The notes: generated from the letters alone by a model not told the origin. A DNA stretch of 64,000 bases from Clostridium sp. CAG:609 (GCA_000438075.1 FR903548.1:48570-112569); one strand, 5' to 3'. Positions 16,732 through 26,737 are shown, numbered from the stretch's first letter. Program-made: numbers and translations.

Positions 16732-18351
16732 ATGAAGAAAGAACCATTTTTAACATTTTTAGGTTTATTAATTATTCTATCGCTTTGTTTACTTGGATTA
16801 AAAGTATATGAAGATTATACTGCCAAAGATATCAAAGTAATCTTACCAGTTCAAGAGTATTCTTTAAATAGTGATGGCTATGAAAAAATAAATGAAGTAG
16901 TAACTAATGAATACATTTATATCTTATATCGTAGTGGTAACTCTTATCTTTTAAGAGAGTTAAACACACAAAACTCAAATGATAAAGAGTATAAAAATAC
17001 AATTGATGCTAGTTGTAAACTTCAAAATGAAAGTTCAATTCCTTATATAGTGTGTAAAGATAAGTCAAGTATAAAAACCTATGACATATATTTTAATTTT
17101 ATTAATGAAACAAACACTAATAGTGAATATGATTATGCTCTAAACTATAATATATATCAAAGCAATAATACCGAGTATCCGGTTGTTTTGACATCTTCTT
17201 GTAAAGAGACTTGTTATATTGTAAGAAAAAATGAGTTATTAAATAAAATAAGCTTATATGAAGATAGTGATTTATTAGAAATTAATGTAAAAAAATATAA
17301 ACAATATGAAAGTGGAATAATAACTTATACCAATAACAAAATTAAAGTATATAATATAAAAAATAATGATTATAAAGAATTTTCATCTCCGAAGGATGAC
17401 ATTGAAAGTAGATTAATAATGGTTAGTAATAATTATAATTTATATATATTAAATAATAAAGAAATAAGTGTATACAATCTATATAATAAGAGTAACATTA
17501 AAAATATTGACTTATTTAAAATAAAAGAAAAAATAAATAATATGTATATAATACTTACAAATCTATATCTACTAACAGATAATTATATATACATATATGA
17601 TTTATCAAGTATTGAAAAAATAGATAATGATACCAAAAGTAGTTATGAAAATATACTAATTAATAATAAAATAAAATATTTAGAAAATAACTACAATGTA
17701 ACTATTAGTTTTGATGTAGATAGTGGACTTCATGGAGATTATGAAATAAGCAAAATAACAAACTATAATGATATAGTAAATGCCTTAAGTTATGTGGAAG
17801 ATTATTTTTTAATGTTTAATAAAGAATTTTTTACAAGATTTTATGAAATGAATATGAATGGTCTAAAGATATTTTTAGCAAATGACATAAAGGGAAGTAA
17901 AGATGGATATAACTTAACAGATGTCGTAGGTTTATCATATCAAAAAAATAATACATATATTATTGTTGTCAAAGCAAATAATAGCTTACTTAAAACACTT
18001 GTACATGAAACAATGCATACGATAGATAATTATTTAATACTAAATGGTTATACATATGATACATGGAATTCTCTAAATAACTATGGTTTTACATATTCAC
18101 ACAAATACTATATAAATGAAACATTTACCGATACATTAAGTAATTACGAAAATAATGAAGATGTATACTTCGTAGATGCTTATGGAAGAAGTAGTGAAAA
18201 AGAAGATAGAGCAAGAATATTTGAACAAATTTGTCTAGGCAAAGATTTAAGTGAATATCCAAATCTTTATAATAAGGAAAAATATTTAAAAAATGAAATA
18301 GTTACGTATTTTCCAGAAATAAGTTATATCAAAAATTTTCAAAATAATTAA
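16732..18351 (+). CDS. Membrane-anchored protein with C-terminal HExxH zinc-metallopeptidase-like domain
   Basis: The start is ATG 16732 behind SD AAGGAG. N-terminal TM, a long Asn/Tyr-rich repeat-like region, then LVHETMHTID (HExxH) about 110 aa from the C-terminus. Confidence 0.45.
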   Translation: MKKEPFLTFLGLLIILSLCLLGLKVYEDYTAKDIKVILPVQEYSLNSDGYEKINEVVTNEYIYILYRSGNSYLLRELNTQNSNDKEYKNTIDASCKLQNESSIPYIVCKDKSSIKTYDIYFNFINETNTNSEYDYALNYNIYQSNNTEYPVVLTSSCKETCYIVRKNELLNKISLYEDSDLLEINVKKYKQYESGIITYTNNKIKVYNIKNNDYKEFSSPKDDIESRLIMVSNNYNLYILNNKEISVYNLYNKSNIKNIDLFKIKEKINNMYIILTNLYLLTDNYIYIYDLSSIEKIDNDTKSSYENILINNKIKYLENNYNVTISFDVDSGLHGDYEISKITNYNDIVNALSYVEDYFLMFNKEFFTRFYEMNMNGLKIFLANDIKGSKDGYNLTDVVGLSYQKNNTYIIVVKANNSLLKTLVHETMHTIDNYLILNGYTYDTWNSLNNYGFTYSHKYYINETFTDTLSNYENNEDVYFVDAYGRSSEKEDRARIFEQICLGKDLSEYPNLYNKEKYLKNEIVTYFPEISYIKNFQNN

Positions 18352-18378
18352 AAAAGTTAGCAAATTATAAAAAATTGC

Positions 18379-18408
18379 TTGACTTTTAATATATACTTAG
18401 TCTATATT
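18379..18408 (+). promoter_or_regulatory. Candidate promoter of mazEF
   Basis: TTGACT (18379-18384), 18-nt spacer, TATATT (18403-18408), just upstream of SD GGTGGAGGG. Confidence 0.4.
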
Positions 18409-18426
18409 ATAGGTGGAGGGATATAT

Positions 18427-18669
18427 ATGGGATACAAAGTACAAAAATGGGGTAATTCCAATGGAATAAGAATACCAAAAGTTTTTTTAGAAGCTTTAAA
18501 TCTTAAATCAGGAGATTCAGTAAGTATGGTAAGAGAGGAGGACAAAATAATAATCAAAAAGATTGCAAGACCAAGAGTTTCATTAAAACAAAGAATCAAA
18601 GATTATGAAGGTCCTAATGAGTGTGAAGACTTTACTTGGGACGAAGCAAAGGGGAAAGAGTTATGGTAA
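18427..18669 (+). CDS. mazE: MazE/AbrB-type (SpoVT-AbrB fold) antitoxin
   Basis: MGYKVQKWGNSNGIRIPK... is a typical swapped-hairpin N-terminus. It is 80 aa, and its stop overlaps the toxin start (ATGGTAA). Confidence 0.8.
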   Translation: MGYKVQKWGNSNGIRIPKVFLEALNLKSGDSVSMVREEDKIIIKKIARPRVSLKQRIKDYEGPNECEDFTWDEAKGKELW

Positions 18670-19004
18670 ATTACATACCGCAAGAAAGAGATATAGTATA
18701 CATTAATTTTAGTCCAATTAAAGGACATGAACAAAAGGGAGTAAGACCAGCATTGGTACTTAGTAACAGGTTATTTAATCAGTTCACAAATATGGTAGTG
18801 TTATGTCCCATAAGCACAAATAACAAGACATTTCCAACCCATTATCAATTCAAAAGTTTGAAAAAAATAAATGGTTCAGCATTATGTGAACATCTAAGAA
18901 GTGTTGATTTTAAAGAAAGACACATCGATTTTATAGAAAAATGTAGTAAAGAAGATTACGACGAAGTCATTGAACTAGTTAAATGTTTCTTTGATGGTAA
19001 TTAA
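18663..19004 (+). CDS. mazF: MazF/PemK-family endoribonuclease toxin
   Basis: The sequence RDIVYINFSPIKGHEQKGVRPALVLSN...VLCPISTN...PTH matches the conserved PemK/MazF core. The start ATG 18663 overlaps the mazE stop. Confidence 0.85.
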   Translation: MVNYIPQERDIVYINFSPIKGHEQKGVRPALVLSNRLFNQFTNMVVLCPISTNNKTFPTHYQFKSLKKINGSALCEHLRSVDFKERHIDFIEKCSKEDYDEVIELVKCFFDGN

Positions 19005-19018
19005 GAAGGAGAATTAAT

Positions 19019-20437
19019 ATGAAAGTAAGAACACGTTATGCACCAAGTCCAACTGGATACATGCATATAGGAAATTTAAGAACAGCAATATTTGAATATT
19101 TATTAGCAAAAAAATATAACGGAGATTTTATTTTAAGAATCGAAGATACTGATCAAGAACGTCAAGTAGAAGGTGCTATTGACTTTATTTACAATACCCT
19201 AGACATTTGTGGTTTCAAAATAGATGAAGGACCAAACAATGAAAAGGGATACGGACCATATATCCAAAGCCAAAGAAAAGATATTTATAAAAAATACGCT
19301 TTAAAACTTGTTGAAATGGGCAAGGCTTATTATTGTTTTTGTAGTGAAGAAGAACTTGCTAACATGCGTGCAAGAGCAGATGAACGTAAGAAACCATTCT
19401 TATATGATGGAAGATGCTCTCGATTAAGCAAAGAAAAAATTGAAGAAAATTTAAAAAATGGTGTTCCATATGTTATCAGACAAAAAATGCCTAAGACTGG
19501 AGAAACACTAGTTGAAGATGTTATTTATGGAAAAATCAAAATAGACAATAGCATCTTAGATGACCAAATTTTATTAAAAAGCGATGGATTTCCAACATAT
19601 AACTTTGCTAACGTAATTGATGACCATTTAATGGAAATCACTCATGTTATACGTGGTAAAGAATATTTAGACCAAACAGCAAAATATAATTTATTATACG
19701 AAGCATTCGGCTGGGAAAAACCAACATACATCCATGTAGCAATGGTTCTAGGTGAAGATGGTAATAAACTATCAAAACGTAATGGTGATGCATCATTCAT
19801 GGACTTATACAACCAAGGATATTTACCAAGTGCAGTTGTAAACTATCTTGTGTTACTTGGATGGAGTCCTGAAAATAATCAAGAAATATTTACAATGGAA
19901 GAATTAATTGAAAATTTCAATGAAAAGAGAATAAGTAAATCATCAAGTCAATATGATGTAAAGAAACTACAATGGTTCAATCATCATTATATTAATAATA
20001 TGAATGATGAAGATTACCTAAATTGGATTAAAAAATATTTCACAAATGATTGTACTGGAAAAAGTGAAGAATGGATAAATAGGCTTCTTCTTATCTACAA
20101 GAGTCATTTAAATTATGGAAATGAAATCAATGAATTAACAAAGAAATTCTTTGATACAAGCTTTGAAATTGAACAAGATGCCAAAGAATTTATGGATAGT
20201 GATCCACAAACAAAAGAAGTAGTTAAAGTTTTCAAAGAATGCATTGAAAATACAACAGAATGGACAGTTGATGTCCTTGCAAATGTAATAAATGAAGTAA
20301 AAGAAAAAGCTGGTGTAAAAGGAAAAATGTTATACATGCCAATAAGAATTGCTGCAAGTGGAATCATGCATGGACCAGAACTTGCGGATACATTATACTT
20401 AATTGGTAAAGATGAAATATTAAGAAGGGTTAAATAG
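19019..20437 (+). CDS. gltX: Glutamate--tRNA ligase
   Basis: Class I HIGH (PTGYMHIGNLRTA) and KMSKS-type (KLSKR) motifs, and the GltX-typical RIEDTD block. Confidence 0.95.
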   Translation: MKVRTRYAPSPTGYMHIGNLRTAIFEYLLAKKYNGDFILRIEDTDQERQVEGAIDFIYNTLDICGFKIDEGPNNEKGYGPYIQSQRKDIYKKYALKLVEMGKAYYCFCSEEELANMRARADERKKPFLYDGRCSRLSKEKIEENLKNGVPYVIRQKMPKTGETLVEDVIYGKIKIDNSILDDQILLKSDGFPTYNFANVIDDHLMEITHVIRGKEYLDQTAKYNLLYEAFGWEKPTYIHVAMVLGEDGNKLSKRNGDASFMDLYNQGYLPSAVVNYLVLLGWSPENNQEIFTMEELIENFNEKRISKSSSQYDVKKLQWFNHHYINNMNDEDYLNWIKKYFTNDCTGKSEEWINRLLLIYKSHLNYGNEINELTKKFFDTSFEIEQDAKEFMDSDPQTKEVVKVFKECIENTTEWTVDVLANVINEVKEKAGVKGKMLYMPIRIAASGIMHGPELADTLYLIGKDEILRRVK

Positions 20438-20838
20438 TGAAGTTTAGAATAGGATGGCTAGTAGTACTAGGATTATTTATAGCTGTAGGAATTTATGTTT
20501 ACAATTTTTTCTATGGCGGATACAAAGTATATAGTTATTTCGACCGTGACTTTACACTAAAAGTTGGTGACTATGCTAAAGTAAATGATGAAGTATATGT
20601 AAAGTTAGAAAAAATAACTGACAACAGATGTAAAGAAGAAACCTGTGAAAGAGAAGGACAACAAGTAGCTCAAGTAATGGTTATAAATGATCATAGAATA
20701 AGAAGATTAGAACTTGGAACATTAGCGGAATATAAGCAAAAGATCAAAAAAACAGATTATACAATAATATTAAAAGAAATAAATGAAAAAAATGAAGCAA
20801 CATTTATGTTAACAACAAACGAAGATATCAATTACTAA
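20437..20838 (+). CDS. Hypothetical N-terminally anchored protein
   Basis: The GTG start overlaps the gltX stop. There is one N-terminal TM (WLVVLGLFIAVGIYVY). No motif was recognised. Confidence 0.5.
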   Translation: MKFRIGWLVVLGLFIAVGIYVYNFFYGGYKVYSYFDRDFTLKVGDYAKVNDEVYVKLEKITDNRCKEETCEREGQQVAQVMVINDHRIRRLELGTLAEYKQKIKKTDYTIILKEINEKNEATFMLTTNEDINY

Positions 20839-20849
20839 GGAGGAAAATC

Positions 20850-22238
20850 ATGAAAATATATAACACTCTTACAAGAAAAATCGAAGAGTTTAAACCAGTT
20901 GAAGACGGAAAAGTTAAGATGTATACATGTGGACCAACTGTATATCATTATGCTCACATTGGTAATATGAGAAATTATATCGGACATGACATTTTAGAAA
21001 AAACATTAAAGTATCTCGGTTACGATGTAAAAAGGGCTATGAACATAACAGATGTAGGTCACTTAACTAGTGATTCAGATTCTGGTGATGACAAAATGGT
21101 AGCAAGTGCTAAAAAAGAACATAAAACAGTCATGGATATTGCTAGATTTTACACAGACGCATTTTTTCATGATTTTGAGCTTCTTAACAATAGAATTCCA
21201 GATATCGTAAGCCCCGCAACTGCAAATATTGATGAATACATAAAAATTATAAGTACTCTTCTAGAAAAAGGATATGCATACGAAGCTGGTGGAAATATCT
21301 ATTTTGATACAACAAAACTTGATGATTATTACAAACTAACAAATCATAAAGCTGATGAAATGGTTGTAGGTGTACGCGAAGGTGTCGAAGAAGATAATTC
21401 AAAGAAAAATCAAAATGACTTTGTTTTGTGGTTTACAAAATCAAAGTTTGAAGATCAAGAACTAAAATGGGAAAGCCCATGGGGATATGGTTATCCAGGA
21501 TGGCATATAGAATGTAGCGGAATAAGCATCAAATATCTAGGTGAATATTTAGATATTCATGGTGGTGGAGTAGACAACATCTTCCCACATCACACTAATG
21601 AAATTGCCCAAAGTGAAGCTTATCTTGGTCACAAATGGTGTAACTATTGGTTCCATAACGAACACTTAAATGATGAAAGTGGAAAAATGAGTAAAAGCCA
21701 TGGTGCGATTCTAACAGTAAGTCTTTTAAAAGAAAAAGGTTACAATCCATTAAGTTTTAGATATATGTGCTTATTAAGTCATTATCGCCGTCAATTAACT
21801 TTTTCATATGATTCACTAGATGGAGCAGAAAATGCTTACAAAAAATTAAAAAATAAAACTCTAGCATTAAAATTTGAAAATGATATTAATGAAGATGAAT
21901 TCAATCATTGGAAAAAGTTATTCACAGATTGCCTTGAAGATGATTTAAATACTGCAAATGCAATCACAGTTCTTCATGACTTATTAAAAAGTGATGTATC
22001 AATGGGAACAAAATATAAACTAATTCACAGCTTTGATGAAGTCTTAAGTTTAGACTTGTTAAAACAAGAAAAGATAAACCTTCCAAATGAAGAAGAAATA
22101 CTAGCAAAAATAAATTTAAGAAACGAAGCAAAGAAAAATAAAGACTTTGAAACTGCAGATAAAATCAGAGAAGAATTACTAAAACAAGGAATAGTTTTAA
22201 AAGATACCCGTGAAGGTACAATATACGAGGCTAAATAA
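20850..22238 (+). CDS. cysS: Cysteine--tRNA ligase
   Basis: HIGN (HYAHIGNMRNY), KMSKS (GKMSKSHG), and Zn-ligand context WHIECS. Confidence 0.95.
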   Translation: MKIYNTLTRKIEEFKPVEDGKVKMYTCGPTVYHYAHIGNMRNYIGHDILEKTLKYLGYDVKRAMNITDVGHLTSDSDSGDDKMVASAKKEHKTVMDIARFYTDAFFHDFELLNNRIPDIVSPATANIDEYIKIISTLLEKGYAYEAGGNIYFDTTKLDDYYKLTNHKADEMVVGVREGVEEDNSKKNQNDFVLWFTKSKFEDQELKWESPWGYGYPGWHIECSGISIKYLGEYLDIHGGGVDNIFPHHTNEIAQSEAYLGHKWCNYWFHNEHLNDESGKMSKSHGAILTVSLLKEKGYNPLSFRYMCLLSHYRRQLTFSYDSLDGAENAYKKLKNKTLALKFENDINEDEFNHWKKLFTDCLEDDLNTANAITVLHDLLKSDVSMGTKYKLIHSFDEVLSLDLLKQEKINLPNEEEILAKINLRNEAKKNKDFETADKIREELLKQGIVLKDTREGTIYEAK

Positions 22239-23395
22239 TGAAGAAAATTTATATTTTCTTTATAAGCCTCTTTTTTCTCTATCCGATAAAAGTAGAAGCC
22301 ACAGACTTTGATATAAATGCCAAAAACGCAATACTTTATAATGTTAGTGATAACGAAATATTATATGAAAAATCTGCAGATGAAAAGGTAAGTATTGCAA
22401 GTCTAACAAAAATAATGACCTCAATCGTAGCCATTGAAAAAATTGATGACCTAAATGAATATATTACAATAACTTCAAAAGATTTTGAAGGAACAAATGG
22501 TTATTCAAAGGCAGGATTTAAAATAAATGATAAAGTAACATACTTAGATTTATTATATGGAATAATTCTCCCAAGTGGTGCAGATGCTGTTAATGCAGTT
22601 GTAAACAACACATATGGTTATGATGAATTCATTAATAAAATGAATGAACTTGCTAAAAAACTAAATCTAACAAGTACTTCATTTTCAAATCCAATAGGTA
22701 AAGATAGCCTCACAAATTATTCAACAGCTAAAGACTTAAGCATTTTATTAAAATATGCTCTAAAAAATGAAACATTCAAAACTATCTTTACAACCAAAAG
22801 ATATACTACAACAAATAATATTGAACTAAAAAGCACAATTTTAAGATATGCAAATAATAAAATGGATGTAAACAAAATCGCCGGAGCAAAAAGTGGATTC
22901 ACAAAAGATGCCGGAAGATGTTTAGCATCTCTATATTACAAAGATAATCCATCTCTAATATTTATTGACATTAATTCAAGCCAAGATACATCATCAAGTG
23001 CTATAAATGATACTTTAATAGTTTATAATTATTATGAACAAAACTACAGCATGCAATCTATAATAAATGATGATACTAAAATAACTACAATTCCAATAAA
23101 TTTAAGTAATGAAAAAACATATGAAATCACTGGTAGTGAAGATATTACCAAATATTTAAAAAATGATTCAAACATAACCTACAAATATAATGGTGTAAAA
23201 GAAATAAAATTTAATACCGAAAAAGGAACAAAACTCGGAACAGTATCAATATATAACAAAGATAAACTTTTAACAACCCAAGATGTATATCTTGAAAGTA
23301 ATATAAAGTATTATCCAATAAAAAATATTGCAATTATATTAATTACATTATTAGTATTAGTTTTCATACTAATTAAAAAGAGGGTGAAAAAATGA
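22238..23395 (+). CDS. D-alanyl-D-alanine carboxypeptidase (PBP5/DacA family, peptidase S11)
   Basis: Signal peptide, SxxK (SLTKIM), SGxD (PSGADA), KSG (GAKSGFT), C-terminal membrane anchor. Confidence 0.85.
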   Translation: MKKIYIFFISLFFLYPIKVEATDFDINAKNAILYNVSDNEILYEKSADEKVSIASLTKIMTSIVAIEKIDDLNEYITITSKDFEGTNGYSKAGFKINDKVTYLDLLYGIILPSGADAVNAVVNNTYGYDEFINKMNELAKKLNLTSTSFSNPIGKDSLTNYSTAKDLSILLKYALKNETFKTIFTTKRYTTTNNIELKSTILRYANNKMDVNKIAGAKSGFTKDAGRCLASLYYKDNPSLIFIDINSSQDTSSSAINDTLIVYNYYEQNYSMQSIINDDTKITTIPINLSNEKTYEITGSEDITKYLKNDSNITYKYNGVKEIKFNTEKGTKLGTVSIYNKDKLLTTQDVYLESNIKYYPIKNIAIILITLLVLVFILIKKRVKK

Positions 23396-24093
23396 TAAAC
23401 CATATTGCTATAATAGTGGATGGCAACGGAAGATGGGCAGAAGAAAGAAATCTAAAAAGAAGCGAAGGTCATAAACATGGTGCACAAGCTTTAGAAAAAA
23501 TAATCCTTTATGCCAACAAACACAAACTTACAAATTATTTAAGTTTATATGTCTTTTCAACAGAAAACTTCAAAAGGAGTCCTGAAGAAGTAAATTATCT
23601 TATGGATTTATTTATAAAATGGTTTAATAAGGCAAAAGATAATTATAAAAAAGAAAATATCAAAGTATTATTTTCTAAAGATGATTCCCTATTAAATCCA
23701 GATATTATAAAAAAAATAAATGAACTTGAAATTGCAACTAAAAATAACACAGGTTTAACGGTAAACTTCTGTTTATCATACGGAGGTAGAAACGAAATAA
23801 TTAACGCCACAAAAAAAATTGCAAAAAAGGTTAAAGAAAACATCATATCAATTGATGATATCTCCGAGGAATTATTTCAAAAAAATTTATATCAACAATT
23901 ACCAGATATCGATTTATTAATTAGAACCAGCGGAGAACAAAGAATAAGCAATTTCATGTTATGGCAATTATCATATGCAGAATTTCTATTCGTAGATACA
24001 TACTTTCCTGATTTTACTCCAAATGACTTAGAAAAATCAATTGATGAATACCAAAAAAGAGATCGACGTTTCGGTCAAATAAAAAAAGGCTAA
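23392..24093 (+). CDS. uppS: Undecaprenyl-diphosphate synthase
   Basis: IIVDGNGRWA, FSTENFKR, and RTSGEQRISNFMLWQ..YAE motifs. Confidence 0.95.
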   Translation: MINHIAIIVDGNGRWAEERNLKRSEGHKHGAQALEKIILYANKHKLTNYLSLYVFSTENFKRSPEEVNYLMDLFIKWFNKAKDNYKKENIKVLFSKDDSLLNPDIIKKINELEIATKNNTGLTVNFCLSYGGRNEIINATKKIAKKVKENIISIDDISEELFQKNLYQQLPDIDLLIRTSGEQRISNFMLWQLSYAEFLFVDTYFPDFTPNDLEKSIDEYQKRDRRFGQIKKG

Positions 24094-24104
24094 CCAAAGC
24101 CTTT

Positions 24105-24821
24105 TTAAAATGGCATAAATTTTAAAGCTAAATACATACCAAATGCAACAGCACTACTTATAATAAGTATTATTCTAGTAAATCCTGCCATACCAAATTT
24201 TTGTTTATCTTCTAAACTCTTCAAATATTCTTCGTTTTCTTTAAATTTACCATAGTTCGGATTAGTTCTTGTTAAAGAAAGACCTTGAGAAAGACTATTA
24301 CTATTAACATTTTCCATTTCATTTCTATAAGAATTTGCAAGCATTGATAAAGCATCATGTTCATCATTTGATTTAATATCTTTAACACTATCTATTATTT
24401 TCTTTCCTTCAAGCATTGTCTTAATATAATTATTTATATTTTCATCACTTGCCATAAGTCCATCAAACAAATCCTTATTATTTAAATATAAATTATATCT
24501 AGTAATAAATCTTTTTATATAATTTTTAATAAAAACAGCTTCTTCATCAGTAATAATTAATTTAGATAACAAATTATTTAACAAACCATTTTCATCAGTA
24601 TTATAATAAAAGCCATTCTTTAAATAAGTAAATATATCATCCGGACTCATTGAGAAAAGAGTGGGATTAATTCTACTTAACATATATCCATTTAATCTTA
24701 TATAATTTCCTTCATAAACTAATGCATCCATTCCTTGATCATATTTAAAATCAGCTAAATTCGGATAGCTTTTTTGAAAATTTGCTAACACTTCATTTAA
24801 ATTAACTACTTGATTATTCAT
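24105..24821 (-). CDS. Hypothetical tail-anchored membrane protein
   Basis: 238 aa with a single C-terminal TM (IILIISSAVAFGMYLALKF). No motif was recognised. Confidence 0.5.
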   Translation of the reverse strand: MNNQVVNLNEVLANFQKSYPNLADFKYDQGMDALVYEGNYIRLNGYMLSRINPTLFSMSPDDIFTYLKNGFYYNTDENGLLNNLLSKLIITDEEAVFIKNYIKRFITRYNLYLNNKDLFDGLMASDENINNYIKTMLEGKKIIDSVKDIKSNDEHDALSMLANSYRNEMENVNSNSLSQGLSLTRTNPNYGKFKENEEYLKSLEDKQKFGMAGFTRIILIISSAVAFGMYLALKFMPF

Positions 24822-25032
24822 ATTATCACACTACCTATCATAATAATAATACCAAAAATTTACCCAAATAGCAACATCAACTATGCCAATTTTAAAAAAT
24901 CCCCCCCATTTTTGCAAAAAGAAGCCTAAAAATGACAGAGATATGCAAAAAAAGCCTCAAAAAAAGAAAAATTTGCGATTTGCCTTATTTTACCTAATTT
25001 GCTAAAGTAGTTTTGCGAAAGGAGGAAAGTTC

Positions 25033-25428
25033 ATGAATCACGTAATATTAGTTGGAAGACTTGCAACTGATCCCATTTTAGAAGAAACTTCAACGGGTAA
25101 AAAAAGAACATGTGTAAATTTAGCAATTCCACGTAGTTATCGAAATGCTGATGGAGTATATGAAACTGATTTTATTCGTATTGTTCTTTGGAATGGCATG
25201 GCATCCAATACAAAAGAGTATTGCCATCAAGGTGATATGATTGGTATCAAAGGCAGAATTCAAAATCGTTCATATGAAGTTGAACCAGAAAACAAAGAAG
25301 AAAAACCAATCACAAAATATATCACCGAAGTAATCGCAGAAAAAGTCTCATTCATCTCATCAAAAACAAGCATTCCCGATGATGAAGACAGCAACCCATT
25401 AGAAACAAATATCATAAATTGTTATTAA
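25033..25428 (+). CDS. ssb: Single-stranded DNA-binding protein lacking the acidic C-terminal tip
   Basis: OB-fold N-terminus MNHVILVGRLATDP...FIRIVLWN...GDMIGIKGRIQNRSY. The C-terminus ends ...ETNIINCY, with no D-D-D-(I/L)-P-F type tail. Confidence 0.8.
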   Translation: MNHVILVGRLATDPILEETSTGKKRTCVNLAIPRSYRNADGVYETDFIRIVLWNGMASNTKEYCHQGDMIGIKGRIQNRSYEVEPENKEEKPITKYITEVIAEKVSFISSKTSIPDDEDSNPLETNIINCY

Positions 25429-25516
25429 ATAACAGAAAATATTTACATGTGGTAAAATATTTACAAAAAGGCACCAACTTTGGTATACTAAGTCTGAAAA
25501 GAGATGAGGTGTAATC

Positions 25517-25873
25517 ATGCTAAGAGGTAATAGGCTTAAAGAATGTCGTATAAAAAAAGGCTTAACTCAAGATGAATTGGGATCATTAGTTGGTGTTGGA
25601 AAATCAGCAATTTGCTGTTATGAAAAAGAAACACGTAATCCAAGTTTAGAAACAATCCTAGAATTTATGACAATTCTTGGTGTATCATCTGACTATCTTC
25701 TTGGAGCAGATACTTTAGTAAAAACAACCGCAAACAAAAGAATTGAATATCACACAATGACAAAAGAAGAAGTTCAATTCATCAACGAATTACGTAAAGA
25801 TAAGGTTGTTTATGAAATTCTATTTGCTGATCCAAAAAGAGGTTCAGAATTAGTAAAAAAACATTTTGGATAA
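25517..25873 (+). CDS. XRE-family helix-turn-helix transcriptional regulator
   Basis: HTH_3 signature LKECRIKKGLTQDELGSLVGVGKSAICCYEKETRNPSLE. Confidence 0.8.
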   Translation: MLRGNRLKECRIKKGLTQDELGSLVGVGKSAICCYEKETRNPSLETILEFMTILGVSSDYLLGADTLVKTTANKRIEYHTMTKEEVQFINELRKDKVVYEILFADPKRGSELVKKHFG

Positions 25874-25935
25874 CATAAAGAAGGTGTTTCTAACATCTTC
25901 TTTTCTATTTTTCATATACTTAACTAGGTGACCAT

Positions 25936-26712
25936 ATGAAAAAAATTCAAATTATATCAATATCAATAATAACATTATTCAGTTTTTTTTACACTGAAAA
26001 AATATCAAAATTAACCTTAGAAAAAAATGAAATATATCAAGAAATAACGCAGCACTCTAGTGAATATGAAGAAAAATACGTAAACGCAATAATTGATGAT
26101 GATAAAATAATCCCTGGACTAAATGGAAGGGTAGTAAATATAAAAAATAGCTTTTACAACATGATTGATTTAAATACTTTTAATTCTTACTACTTACTTT
26201 ATGATGTTACTTATCCTGAAGTATCACTTGAAAAAAACAAAGATAAAATTGTATCCCAAGGAAACCCTCAAAAAAATGCAGTGAGCTTCATCACAAACAG
26301 TAACAACAAAGTAACAAAATATTTTAAAGAGAATAATTTACCAATAAGTATCTTAACAAAACTAGATACATTTAATAAATCAAGTAATTTTGAACAAGTT
26401 AATAATGAAACAAAAAATTTTAATAAATTAGAAAGTCTAATTAACAAATATAGTAAGAATACAAACATCTGCTATATAAATGATAATAATAAAGAAATAT
26501 GTAAAAATCATAAAAAATATCTTGTAAGAACTAATAAAGTACTAAACAATCAAACATTTTTAGAAATGAAAAACAACATAGCAAGTGGTGACATATACTA
26601 CATTGACAATACTATTGATACCAAAAATATTCGCATATTTATCAACAGCATTCTTTATAAAGATTTGGATATAATATCCCTAAGTAACATGCTCAGTGAA
26701 GAAAAGAATTGA
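25936..26712 (+). CDS. Hypothetical N-terminally anchored protein
   Basis: N-terminal TM. No catalytic motif was recognised. Confidence 0.45.
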   Translation: MKKIQIISISIITLFSFFYTEKISKLTLEKNEIYQEITQHSSEYEEKYVNAIIDDDKIIPGLNGRVVNIKNSFYNMIDLNTFNSYYLLYDVTYPEVSLEKNKDKIVSQGNPQKNAVSFITNSNNKVTKYFKENNLPISILTKLDTFNKSSNFEQVNNETKNFNKLESLINKYSKNTNICYINDNNKEICKNHKKYLVRTNKVLNNQTFLEMKNNIASGDIYYIDNTIDTKNIRIFINSILYKDLDIISLSNMLSEEKN

Positions 26713-26737
26713 TTTAATGTAAGTTTTTTGGTATAAT
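26709..26737 (+). promoter_or_regulatory. Candidate promoter of the RNase J gene
   Basis: TTGATT (26709-26714), 17-nt spacer, (TGg)TATAAT (26732-26737). Confidence 0.45.

Noticed and set aside
19005-19018. I looked for T-box leaders or riboswitches upstream of gltX, cysS and lysS.
   Set aside because: The gaps before gltX (14 nt) and cysS (11 nt) are far too short. The ~200-nt lysS upstream region contains a terminator for the previous gene and a promoter, but no specifier or T-box (AGGGUGGUACCGCG-like) sequence that I could see.
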